NCBI GenBank assembly: GCA_046092585.1
Contig: JBJTDZ010000120.1
Span: 6,606-70,605, forward strand
DNA: 64,000 bases
Source: Pirellulales bacterium
GTDB taxonomy: Bacteria > Planctomycetota > Planctomycetia > Pirellulales > UBA1268
Direction of reading: 5' to 3'
The position numbers were made by a program, and so were the translations under genes. Under the pieces are notes generated by a model, which had not been told where the DNA came from, ran no database searches, and saw nothing but the letters and a program-made list of their open reading frames with translations. How positions within the stretch are numbered: position 1 is the stretch's first letter; every line of letters begins with the position of its first letter. Shown piece after piece: positions 35,636-44,172 of the stretch.

Positions 35636-37072
35636 ATGCCGAACGAGTCCACTGCATCCGCTCCAGCCCCGGTCGATCCGGCCTCGGCTCCGTCGACGGC
35701 GGCCCTGTCGCCGGCCGAGCGGTCGCGGGTGATGCAGTGCTTCCACCGCGGCCAGCAGGCCCTGCAGACCAATGCCGACTATGCCGTCGACATGTTCCAG
35801 GCCTGCGTGGTGGGTGATCCCGGCAACGCGATCTTCCTGCAGTCGTTCCTGGCGGCGCTCAAGCGGAAGTTCGGCGGCAAGAAGGCGGGCAGCCTCACGT
35901 CGTTCTTCTCGGCCGGATCGCGGTCGATGCTCAAGAAACTGGCCGGGTCGGCCCAGTGGCGTGACGTGGTCAAACAGGGCATCGAGGTCGTCAAGGGCAA
36001 CCCGCAGGACCATACCTGCCTGCTGGCGATGGCCGAGGCCTGCGGCAACCTGATGTTTTTCGACGCCCAGGCGATCTACCTGCGGGCCGCCCTCGACGCC
36101 GCGCCGACCGATCCCGAGGTCAACCGGCAGTGCGCCCGTTTCGCCGCCAACCAGGGCAACTTCGACCAGGCGATCGAATGCTGGCGGCGGATCGGGCGGA
36201 CGAAGGGGCTCGCCGAGGAATCAGAGCGGGAGATCGCCCGCCTCTCGGTCGAGAAGACGATCGTGGCTGGCCAGGGCATGGTCGGCCGTCCCGCGGGCGG
36301 TGGCGGCAAGCCCGGCCCCGCGCAGGCCGACGAGCCGGCGCGGGCCGGCGGCCGCGCAGCCGAACTCAAGCAGGCCATCCAGCAGAACCCCGCCGACATC
36401 GACGCCTACCTCGAACTGGCGGATCTGCTCGAGCGCGATGCCACCGTGGAGCAGGCGGAGGCCTTGCTGGCGAAGGCCCTCGCCGCCTCGGGCAACGAAC
36501 TCAAGGTGCGGGAGCACGTGGAGGATCGCCAGATCCGCTGGGGCAAGCAGAAGGTCATGCTCGCCGAGAAGCGGCTCGCCGAGCACGACACGCCCGACAA
36601 CCGCGCGGTGGTCGAGCGGCTGCGGTCCGCTCAGCTCAAGCAGGAGATCGAGGTCTTCACGGCCCGCTGCGGCCGCTATCCCGAAAACCTCACCTGGAAG
36701 TACGAACTCGGCATGCGGCTCAAGGCGGCCGGCAACCACGCCGAGGCGATCCGGCTGTTCCAGGAGTCGATGCAGGATTCCAGGCGCCGGGGAACCGTCC
36801 TCCTGGAACTGGGCGAGTGCTTCCAGAAGATCAAGCAGTACCAGCTCGCGATGCAGAACTACCAGGCGGCGGTGGAGGCAATCACCGACCGTGAGGTGGA
36901 ACTCCGCAAGCGGGCCCTCTACCGGGCGGGCGTGCTCGCCTCGGGCCTCGACGACCTCGACAGTGCCCGGAAATACCTCTCCATGCTGGCCACGCTCGAC
37001 TTCGGATACCGGGACGTGGCCCAGCGTCTGGACAAGTTGGGGTCGCCGAAGGATAACGGTGGGGCTGGCTGA
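35636..37072 (+). CDS. TPR-repeat protein, 478 aa
   Basis: ATG at 35636 is in frame within listed ORF 35411..37072. Repeated TPR-like helices (ADIDAYLELADLLERDATVEQAEALLAKALA, YELGMRLKAAGNHAEAIRLFQESM, LLELGECFQKIKQYQLAMQNYQAAV). Confidence 0.7.
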   Translation: MPNESTASAPAPVDPASAPSTAALSPAERSRVMQCFHRGQQALQTNADYAVDMFQACVVGDPGNAIFLQSFLAALKRKFGGKKAGSLTSFFSAGSRSMLKKLAGSAQWRDVVKQGIEVVKGNPQDHTCLLAMAEACGNLMFFDAQAIYLRAALDAAPTDPEVNRQCARFAANQGNFDQAIECWRRIGRTKGLAEESEREIARLSVEKTIVAGQGMVGRPAGGGGKPGPAQADEPARAGGRAAELKQAIQQNPADIDAYLELADLLERDATVEQAEALLAKALAASGNELKVREHVEDRQIRWGKQKVMLAEKRLAEHDTPDNRAVVERLRSAQLKQEIEVFTARCGRYPENLTWKYELGMRLKAAGNHAEAIRLFQESMQDSRRRGTVLLELGECFQKIKQYQLAMQNYQAAVEAITDREVELRKRALYRAGVLASGLDDLDSARKYLSMLATLDFGYRDVAQRLDKLGSPKDNGGAG

Positions 37073-37167
37073 GCCGCCTCCGGGCCGCCCGCCTTCCCGG
37101 CCGGGCCCGTTCCCGGCGCCTTCCGCACCCTCATTCACGCAACTTTCACCCCTCCAAGGATCCCGTC

Positions 37168-37485
37168 ATGCCCCACTCCGCCAGCGCCAAGAAGCGTCAT
37201 CGTCAGAACCTCCGCGACCGCGAACGCAACCGCGTGGTGAAGTCGGAGATCAAGACGAAGATCCGCAAGGTGCTCGACGCGATCACCGCCGGCGACGTGG
37301 CCACGGCGAAGGAGCAGTTCCGCGGGATGACGAAGACCGCCGACCGGGCCGCGGCCTCGGGCACGATTCATCGCAACCGTGCCGCCCGCATCAAGTCGCG
37401 GATCTCGGCTCGCCTCAAGAACGCCGAAAAGGGAACGGCCAGTGCGCCGCCGGCCAAGGGCCGCAAGGCGTCGACCAAGGCCTGA
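37168..37485 (+). CDS. rpsT: 30S ribosomal protein S20
   Basis: MPHSASAKKRHRQNLRDRERNRVVKSEIKTKIRKV... is a typical S20 N-terminus, with IHRNRAARIKSR. It has a short basic C-terminal tail. Confidence 0.92.
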   Translation: MPHSASAKKRHRQNLRDRERNRVVKSEIKTKIRKVLDAITAGDVATAKEQFRGMTKTADRAAASGTIHRNRAARIKSRISARLKNAEKGTASAPPAKGRKASTKA

Positions 37486-37488
37486 CGA

Positions 37489-38361
37489 CTACCAGACGAT
37501 TCGCTGGGCGTCGAACACCGGCCCCTCGACGCACGTGCGGCGGTAGTCCCACTGGCCGTCGCCGTCCCTGATCGGCGCAACGCACGTGAAGCAGATGCCG
37601 ATGCCGCAGGCCATCGGCGTCTCGAGCGACACGTGGCAGGGAACGTTCCTCGCCGCCGACCACCGTGCCACCGCGGCCATCATCGGCTCCGGCCCGCAGC
37701 AGGCGACATGGCTCGTTGCGGCGTCGATGCCGTCGGCGAACAACCGGTCGAGCAGGTCGACGACCGTGCCCCTGGTGCCCGCCGAACCGTCGAGCGTCGC
37801 CTGATGGACGTCGCAACCGGCTTTTCGGAAATCGTCGACGGACGCGAACAACCCGGCGTGCCGGGCGCCCCAGCAGAATGTGACACGGTCTGCCGGCGGC
37901 ACCTCGCGAACGGGCTCGCCGTAGGCGGCTTTTCCGAGCCGCTCCCGGGCGAGGGCCAGGAGGGCCGTCTGCCCGATGCCCCCCGCCACCAGCACCACGT
38001 GCTCCGTGGCCGGCAGGTGGAAACCGTTGCCGAGCGGCCCCCACACGGCCACCTCGTCGCCGGGGCGGATCGTGGTGAGGGCCCGCGTGAACCGCCCATG
38101 GACGACGTACATGAAGTCGACGTAACGGCGTTCGATCCCGTCGGAAAACACGTCGTAGACCGCGAGCGGTCTCGCCAACAGCGGGTCGGTGCGGTCGACC
38201 AGCCGGAGCATCGCGAACTGGCCCGGAACGGCCTGGGCGGCCACCGGCGGGCAGTCGAGCCGGATCCGCCAGGTGTTTTCGGCAACCTCGTCGTGTGACA
38301 CGACCCGTGCCCGGAGCACCGCGGCATGGTCGGCATGACAGACGGCGTCGGACGCGGTCAT
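37489..38361 (-). CDS. pyrK: dihydroorotate dehydrogenase electron-transfer subunit
   Basis: FNR-like fold (PGQFAMLR, VLVAGGIGQTALLAL) and a C-terminal 2Fe-2S cluster motif MACGIGICFTC. Convergent with rpsT, with only 3 nt between the stop codons. Confidence 0.85.
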   Translation of the reverse strand: MTASDAVCHADHAAVLRARVVSHDEVAENTWRIRLDCPPVAAQAVPGQFAMLRLVDRTDPLLARPLAVYDVFSDGIERRYVDFMYVVHGRFTRALTTIRPGDEVAVWGPLGNGFHLPATEHVVLVAGGIGQTALLALARERLGKAAYGEPVREVPPADRVTFCWGARHAGLFASVDDFRKAGCDVHQATLDGSAGTRGTVVDLLDRLFADGIDAATSHVACCGPEPMMAAVARWSAARNVPCHVSLETPMACGIGICFTCVAPIRDGDGQWDYRRTCVEGPVFDAQRIVW

Positions 38362-38364
38362 CGA

Positions 38365-39522
38365 TCAGCCTCCCTCGCGGCCCGCGGGACGCGACCGCCA
38401 CTGCGATGCCTTGCCTGCCCGCCGACGGGTCCGGGGCCGCTGGCCCCCCGCGGCCCCACCCGTGGCTCCACCCGCTTCGCGCGGCGGCCTGCCCGAGGGA
38501 CGGCCGCGCGGCGCGGCACCCGGCCGACCCGCCTGTCCCGGCCGACCTCCCTGCCCCGGCCGCCGTGGCGGCCCGCCGGGACGCCGGCCGCGGGCTGGGC
38601 CGCGGGGCCGCGGCGGCTCCCGTTCGGCGTCGGGGCCGACGGCCTTGATCGCGTCCTTCCGCAGTTCCTCGATTTCGCTCCACGTGAGCTGCCGCCACTG
38701 GCCGGGCAGCAGGTTGCCCAGCGAAAGCCCTCCCACGGCGATTCGCTTGAGCTGGTGCACCTTGTGGCCGAGGCTGGCGAGCATGCGGCGGATCTCACGG
38801 TTCTTGCCCTCGTCGAGCACCATCTCCAGCACGGCGCTCTGCTTGTGCTGGGAGCGGATCGATACCCGCTTGGCATGCACTTCACCCTCGGCGAGGCGAA
38901 TGCCCCGACGCAGTTTTTCGAGCAGCTCCTCCGCGGGCACGCCTGCGACCTGCACGAGGTATTTCTTCTCGACGCCGTAGCGGGGATGGGCCAGCAGGTT
39001 CGCGAGGCCGCCGTCGTTGGTGACGAGGATCAGACCCTCGCTCATCCGGTCGAGCCGACCGATGGCGAAGAGCCGCTGGTCGCCGGGCACGAGGTCGACG
39101 ACCCGTGGTCGCCCGGTGGGATCGACGTTGGTGGTCACGACGCCCACCGGCTTGTTGAGCATGTAGACCACCCGCTTCGGATTCGGCAGCTTCTCGCCGT
39201 CGACCCGAATCTCCTGCGCGTGCGGGTCGACCCGGATGCCGAGCGTGGTGACGACCTGCCGGTCGACTTCCACACGCCCGGTCGTGATCAACTCCTCGCA
39301 GGCCCGGCGGCTGCCGAGCCCGGCCGCCGCGAGCACCTTCTGCAGCCGCTCGCGGCCGTCGTCGTCCGCCACGGGGGCGGGCCGCCCGGCGCCCGCGAAG
39401 CCGGGCCGCTCCCGGCGTGGCGGGCGACCGGGCGTGGGGCCCCGGCCGGGGCGACGACCTCCGGGAGGACCGTGGGGACCACCGCGGCGACCGCGGGGAG
39501 GCGTGGCATCGGGGGCGGGCAT
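38365..39522 (-). CDS. rluB: 23S rRNA pseudouridine synthase (RluB/RsuA family) with Arg/Gly/Pro-rich N- and C-terminal tails
   Basis: S4 domain (ERLQKVLAAAGLGSRRACEELITTGRVEVD). Catalytic motif GRLDRMSEGLILVTNDG. The tails are low-complexity RGGP/GRP repeats. It ends 3 nt before pyrK. Confidence 0.85.
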   Translation of the reverse strand: MPAPDATPPRGRRGGPHGPPGGRRPGRGPTPGRPPRRERPGFAGAGRPAPVADDDGRERLQKVLAAAGLGSRRACEELITTGRVEVDRQVVTTLGIRVDPHAQEIRVDGEKLPNPKRVVYMLNKPVGVVTTNVDPTGRPRVVDLVPGDQRLFAIGRLDRMSEGLILVTNDGGLANLLAHPRYGVEKKYLVQVAGVPAEELLEKLRRGIRLAEGEVHAKRVSIRSQHKQSAVLEMVLDEGKNREIRRMLASLGHKVHQLKRIAVGGLSLGNLLPGQWRQLTWSEIEELRKDAIKAVGPDAEREPPRPRGPARGRRPGGPPRRPGQGGRPGQAGRPGAAPRGRPSGRPPREAGGATGGAAGGQRPRTRRRAGKASQWRSRPAGREGG

Positions 39523-39651
39523 GGTGTGACTACCGAGGGCGACCGTTCGGCCGCGGCCGGTGCCACGGCGGATCGCGGTCGATCATACACGGCGTGCGCC
39601 GCGGCGGCAGGCGGCAACGTCACGCCGTTCGATGAAGTGCCACGGAGGACG

Positions 39652-39735
39652 AGGCGAGGGGGTCGGCGAACGCTCGAGGAGCCTTGGGCGTATCCTCGCC
39701 CCGGCGACGAGACTTTTGCCGCCCCCGAGCCGGTG
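39652..39735. repeat. R2 84-nt intergenic repeat, copy 1
   Basis: AGGCGAGGGGGTCGGCGAACGCTCGAGGAGCCTTGGGCGTATCCTCGCCCCGGCGACGAGACTTTTGCCGCCCCCGAGCCGGTG. It is identical by eye to 42026-42109 and near-identical to 55783-55888. Confidence 0.85.
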
Positions 39736-39757
39736 ATCGATCCATCGGGGGCACGTT

Positions 39758-40027
39758 CTACCGCAGCGGCTGCGACCACCAGCGGGAGCGCTTCACTTCG
39801 GCGACCGGCTCGGCATAGTCGCGGGGCCGCGTGCCATCGAGCGTCGTGTACTGCCGCAGGAGGCCGGGGCCGATGTCATTCTCCATGAACGGGTCGAACC
39901 GCACCGCACGACGCTGCTGGTTGCGGGCCGGGCCCGGCTGCAGCCACTCGGGCTTGCCGAGCGACGCGCAGCCCGACGACGCGACAAGCACGAGACAGGC
40001 CGACGCGACGAAACGGTGAACGGTCAT
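39758..40027 (-). CDS. small lipoprotein (hypothetical)
   Basis: ATG at 40027 is in frame within listed ORF 39758..41485; product 89 aa. Signal peptide plus lipobox MTVHRFVASACLVLVASSGC. Confidence 0.5.
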   Translation of the reverse strand: MTVHRFVASACLVLVASSGCASLGKPEWLQPGPARNQQRRAVRFDPFMENDIGPGLLRQYTTLDGTRPRDYAEPVAEVKRSRWWSQPLR

Positions 40028-40110
40028 GGGCGGCCTCACGGGGGTGGGGAGTGTAGGGCGCGACCGACACACCCCCAACCCCGGTTTCGCCCGGGCAGCA
40101 CGGAGATCGA

Positions 40111-41085
40111 TCAGGGCAACGACACGTGCAGGAGCTTCGCGGCCCGTGCTCCCGCGGCCGCGGCGGTCAGCGCCTGCCGCCCCGCCGACGCGGGCAGCAG
40201 CACACTCTGGCCGGTTCTCAGCGTGGGCAGGCCCCAGCGGGGGTCGAGGTCGATCGAGCCGGCGAGCACGGTGAGAAAGTGGCAGCCGTCGTCGCCTCCC
40301 ACGCTCCACTGCGGCCCCGGCAGCACCTCCTCGAACCGGAAGTAGTCGCAGTCGACGAGCCTCCGCACTGCCGGATCGTCCGTCGGCGCCGCGGTCACCG
40401 GATCGACCGGGCCGAGCCTCGTGGTCGCCGCCAGCCCCTGCTCGACGTGCAGCGGCCGCGGACGACCATCGGGACCCACACGGTTCCAGTCGTGCAGGCG
40501 GAAGGTGACGTCGCTCGACTGCTGGATCTCCGCCACCAGGACGCCCGCGCCGATCGCATGCACCGTGCCGGCCGGGATGAACACGCAGTCGCCTGGGGCC
40601 GGGACGAAGGCGTGCAGCACGTCGCCGCAGCGGCCGGCCCGCAGGGCCGCGGCGAAGTCGTCTCGCGACACTCCCGCCCGGAGGCCCGCGTAGATTCGGC
40701 TCCCCGGCTCGGCGGCGATCACGTACCAGGCCTCCGTCTTGCCGCGATCGGGCGGGTCGAGGGTCGCGGCCTGCGCGTCGTCGGGATGCACCTGCAGCGA
40801 CAGGTCTTTCGCGGCGTCGAGGAACTTGAAGAGCAGCGGAAACGACGCTCGCGGGGCATGACGGCCGAGCAGATCGGGTCCCCGCTGCCGCACGAGTTCG
40901 CCGAGCGTCGCGCCGGCGAGCGACCCAGTCGCGACCGTGCTCTGGTCGCCGCCGCGGTCGACGAGTTCCCACGACTCGGCGAAGTCGTCGCCCGGCGGCA
41001 GATCCCGGCCAAACACCTCGCCGAACCTGCGGCCGCCCCAGATGTAGCGGCGGTAGACGGGAGCGAAGATCAGTGGGGGCAGCAA
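40111..41085 (-). CDS. manA: mannose-6-phosphate isomerase, class I (cupin)
   Basis: YIWGG, LLFKFLDAAKDLSLQVHPDD, KTEAWYVI, PAGTVHAIGAGVLVAEIQQSSDVTFRLHDW. Confidence 0.8.
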   Translation of the reverse strand: MLPPLIFAPVYRRYIWGGRRFGEVFGRDLPPGDDFAESWELVDRGGDQSTVATGSLAGATLGELVRQRGPDLLGRHAPRASFPLLFKFLDAAKDLSLQVHPDDAQAATLDPPDRGKTEAWYVIAAEPGSRIYAGLRAGVSRDDFAAALRAGRCGDVLHAFVPAPGDCVFIPAGTVHAIGAGVLVAEIQQSSDVTFRLHDWNRVGPDGRPRPLHVEQGLAATTRLGPVDPVTAAPTDDPAVRRLVDCDYFRFEEVLPGPQWSVGGDDGCHFLTVLAGSIDLDPRWGLPTLRTGQSVLLPASAGRQALTAAAAGARAAKLLHVSLP

Positions 41086-41121
41086 GGGCGCGGGCTCCGC
41101 AGCGGCGGCCGGGAGGTCGCG

Positions 41122-41292
41122 TCACGCTCCCGCGTAGCCCTCCAGAATCCGCCCGATGGCGAAGCAGCATACCGAAAAGACGAGCATCCCGAGCATCGGC
41201 CCCGACGTGATCCGGCCGTTGAGTTCGAGCATCACGGCCAGCGCCGGCAGCGTGAGCCCCACGAGTTGACCGAGCCGTCCGATCGCCCGCAC
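41122..41292 (-). CDS. possible 56-aa two-helix membrane peptide (below ORF-track size cutoff)
   Basis: Hand translation from GTG 41292 gives VRAIGRLGQLVGLTLPALAVMLELNGRITSGPMLGMLVFSVCCFAIGRILEGYAGA, ending at stop 41122-41124. GGGAG lies 8 nt upstream of the start. GC3-rich. It sits in the 357-bp gap between manA and tpx. Confidence 0.3.
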   Translation of the reverse strand: MRAIGRLGQLVGLTLPALAVMLELNGRITSGPMLGMLVFSVCCFAIGRILEGYAGA

Positions 41293-41441
41293 AAGATTCG
41301 CTCCCGGCGCCGGGCCCCTGCCCGGCCCCCGGAAGCATAGCGGAGCGCTGCCTGGGGCGGGGAAGCGGCCGCGGGCTTGCCGCGGCCCGTGGGTCGGCGA
41401 TACTGCCCGCGTTCGTTCTCGATCCCCGAAGGAGACAGGCC

Positions 41442-41963
41442 ATGGCTCGGCACGGTGCGGTGACGTTCAAGGGCAATCCCCTCACCCTCGTCGGCGACGA
41501 GGTCGCGGTCGGCGCGGCCGCCCCCGACTTCGACCTGACCTGCTACGGCGCGGGGGGCATGGACCACATCACCAAGGCGACCGTCCTCGGCAAGCCCACG
41601 ATCATCAGCGTCGTGCCCTCGCTCGACACGCCTGTCTGCCAGGTGCAGACCAAGACGTTCAACAAGCGTCTCGCCGCCCTCGGCGACAAGGTCAACGCCC
41701 TCACGGTGAGCCTCGACCTTCCCTTCGCGATGAACCGCTTCTGCGGCGCCGAAGACATCAAGGCGATGCAGAGCGGCAGCGACTACATGGACCGCGCCTT
41801 CGGCCGCGCCTGGGGCGTGCTCATCGACGAGCTCAAGATCCTCGCCCGCGCGGTGTTCGTGCTCGACAAGGCCGGCGTCGTGCGGTACGCGCAGGTGGTG
41901 AAGGAAGTGGCCAGCGAGCCCGACTACGACGCCGCGATCTCGGCGCTCGAGTCGGTCTCCTGA
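41442..41963 (+). CDS. tpx: thiol peroxidase (atypical 2-Cys peroxiredoxin)
   Basis: GAAGGAGA RBS. AAPDFDL, and VVPSLDTPVCQVQTKTFN with the peroxidatic Cys; the resolving Cys sits in NRFCGAE. Confidence 0.92.
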   Translation: MARHGAVTFKGNPLTLVGDEVAVGAAAPDFDLTCYGAGGMDHITKATVLGKPTIISVVPSLDTPVCQVQTKTFNKRLAALGDKVNALTVSLDLPFAMNRFCGAEDIKAMQSGSDYMDRAFGRAWGVLIDELKILARAVFVLDKAGVVRYAQVVKEVASEPDYDAAISALESVS

Positions 41964-42025
41964 ACTGCGCCGGATGTCGCTCAAGCTCTCTCACCAGTTG
42001 CTGACGGCGGCACACCTGGGATCCT

Positions 42026-42109
42026 AGGCGAGGGGGTCGGCGAACGCTCGAGGAGCCTTGGGCGTATCCTCGCCCCGGCGACGAGACTTTTGCCGCCCCC
42101 GAGCCGGTG
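42026..42109. repeat. R2 84-nt intergenic repeat, copy 2
   Basis: Same 84 nt as 39652-39735. It ends 35 nt before the ATG of the pyruvyl-transferase-like gene. Confidence 0.85.
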
Positions 42110-42144
42110 CTGCACGGAGTTCGGAGCCCCTCGAGACCAGGCGC

Positions 42145-42969
42145 ATGCCGCTTCCCCGCCGCCTCGAGAAACTTCGCCGATTCCTGCGCTGGCGGTGTGC
42201 GGGCGGCGGGCGGCTGCCGCTCTTCTGGCATGTCGGGCGGCCGAACTTCGGCGACGACGTCAACCCGACGTTCTTCGAGCGGATCACGGGCAGGGGGCTG
42301 CGGTTGGCGGTGGATCGCGATCGCCCGCACCTGCTCGGCGCCGGCAGCATCCTCGAACGATCCACGGCCGCCTCGGTGATCTGCGGCTCCGGATTCCTCG
42401 AGCCCCCTGCCGGTGTCGTTCGGGCCGGACGGCTGGTGGCCGTGCGCGGCGAACGCTCGGCGGCGGCGTTTCCACGGCAGGGCGATCTGCTGCTCGGCGA
42501 TCCGCTGGTGCTCGTCGACGGCGTCGTTGAGGCCGTGCCGAAGGCTCACCGCGTCGGCCTCGTGCCCCATGTCACCTCCGTGGCCCGCTGGCGGGGCCTG
42601 AACGCCCGGCACCTCGCCATCATCGACCCGGCCGACGATCCCTGGCGTGTGATCCGGGCGATCGCCTCCTGCGAGGTGGTGCTCAGCCAGTCGCTCCACG
42701 GCCTGATCGTGGCCGACGCCCTGGGCATTCCCAACGCCTGGATCGCACCGAGCGACGCGATGCGGGGCGGCCGGTTCAAGTTCGACGACTATTTCACAAC
42801 GCTCGACGCCCCGAAGGAGATGGTTCCCGAGGGGCGTCATCTCTTCGACACCCCGGAACGCTGCCCCGTGGCCGTGGGCCGCTACCGGTTTGTGAAGGCG
42901 GCCTACCGTGCAGCGCTCGAGGCGGCTGCCGCGGCGCTGGCCGACGAGCTGGCAGCCGGCCCCGCCTGA
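42145..42969 (+). CDS. polysaccharide pyruvyl transferase family protein (tentative)
   Basis: ATG at 42145 is in frame within listed ORF 42058..42969. N-terminal GRPNFGDDVNPTFFERITG and GAGSIL, plus C-terminal VLSQSLHGLIVADALGIPNAWI, resemble WcaK/CsaB-type pyruvyl transferases. Confidence 0.65.
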   Translation: MPLPRRLEKLRRFLRWRCAGGGRLPLFWHVGRPNFGDDVNPTFFERITGRGLRLAVDRDRPHLLGAGSILERSTAASVICGSGFLEPPAGVVRAGRLVAVRGERSAAAFPRQGDLLLGDPLVLVDGVVEAVPKAHRVGLVPHVTSVARWRGLNARHLAIIDPADDPWRVIRAIASCEVVLSQSLHGLIVADALGIPNAWIAPSDAMRGGRFKFDDYFTTLDAPKEMVPEGRHLFDTPERCPVAVGRYRFVKAAYRAALEAAAAALADELAAGPA

Positions 42970-44150
42970 CCGGTGAGGCTGTGACGCCGTCCGTGCCGCA
43001 TGAGCGTCAACGCTACGCCCGGCCGCGCCCACGCGGGAAACGGATAGTCCCGGTCGTGCATGTACTGCAGCAGGTCGACGTCGTTCTCGTTGGTCCACGG
43101 CAGGAGTGAGAGCCGCAGCAACCTCAGCAGCGAATGGGTGCGTCCAGCCTCGAACGCGGCCATGTCGAAGGTTCCCGCCACAGCATCGAGTCGCCCGTCG
43201 GCCTCCGCGTGGAAGAGCACGCGGGCACACTTGAAGCAGCAGCCGCAGTTGAGGGCAGCCCGGTCGCGACGAAAGCCCCGCACGCAGACCAGCAGGTCGC
43301 CGCACAGGCGGTCGTCGCCGATCACCTCCGCCGTCTTCCGCAGCCGGCTGGTGTCGCCGCCGAAGGGCAGCCACGTCGTGCGGGTCGTGCTGAAAAGCGG
43401 CAGGAGCTGCGGCTCGAGCGTGGCGATGCCCTCGAAGCGGCTCATCGTCGGTCGGCCGCCGAGCGGCTCACTGGAGGCGTAATGAAACGCCGCGAACAGG
43501 TGGTCGACCGCCATCGAGGCGGCGACGTTGCGGGGCAGCACGCAGTGGATGAACTTCATTCCCCGGTAGGCCTCGTCGAGCCGGCAGATCGTGCCGACAA
43601 GCGGCACGCCGAGGCGGTCCGCGATCCGGCGGGCGTGAGCGAGTTGCTCCTCGAACACCGCGTCGTCCTCGCCGTGGGCCCCCACATGATGGTGCACGAG
43701 GAGCCGCACCCGCAGCGGCTCGGGCACCGCGGGATCGAGGAGCCGATGCCGCGCGAGGTGCATGCTGTCGATGCCGCCGCTCATCGCCATGGCCGCGCCC
43801 CTCGTCCAGTCGGTGTGCGTCGCCGACGGCCGGGCATCGGCCTCCACGGGCACCTGCCGCCATGCCGGGGCCATCAGCCGCAGCGTCGCCTGCACAGGAC
43901 CGCGGAGATTGCCGAGCAGCACCTCGTCGATGCCTCCCTCGACAATGAGCGGCCCGCCGCGAAGCATCGCCGGCACGAGCAGCGCCACGGCGAAGGGATC
44001 GAAAACCTCCTCCCGTCGGGCCAGGTCGGGATGATTGCCGAAGCGGCGAAGGGCGAGGCGCCGCTCGCGGCCGTCGATCGTCACGGCGGCCGAGGAGGTA
44101 AAGCCTTCGTGGTCCGCATCGGTCGCGAGATCCCGGATCACGACGGCCAT
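42903..44150 (-). CDS. PP-loop (SGGxDS) ATP pyrophosphatase superfamily protein with C-terminal Cys cluster
   Basis: ATG at 44150 is in frame within listed ORF 42903..44309; product 415 aa. AMAMSGGIDSM PP-loop at about residue 125. NCGCCFKCARV is reminiscent of the QueC-type Zn cluster. It starts 22 nt downstream of alaS. The last 67 nt overlap the convergent 42145..42969 gene. Confidence 0.6.
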   Translation of the reverse strand: MAVVIRDLATDADHEGFTSSAAVTIDGRERRLALRRFGNHPDLARREEVFDPFAVALLVPAMLRGGPLIVEGGIDEVLLGNLRGPVQATLRLMAPAWRQVPVEADARPSATHTDWTRGAAMAMSGGIDSMHLARHRLLDPAVPEPLRVRLLVHHHVGAHGEDDAVFEEQLAHARRIADRLGVPLVGTICRLDEAYRGMKFIHCVLPRNVAASMAVDHLFAAFHYASSEPLGGRPTMSRFEGIATLEPQLLPLFSTTRTTWLPFGGDTSRLRKTAEVIGDDRLCGDLLVCVRGFRRDRAALNCGCCFKCARVLFHAEADGRLDAVAGTFDMAAFEAGRTHSLLRLLRLSLLPWTNENDVDLLQYMHDRDYPFPAWARPGVALTLMRHGRRHSLTGQAGPAASSSASAAAAASSAAR

Positions 44151-44172
44151 CGGGCCACCCCCTCGCGGGACA

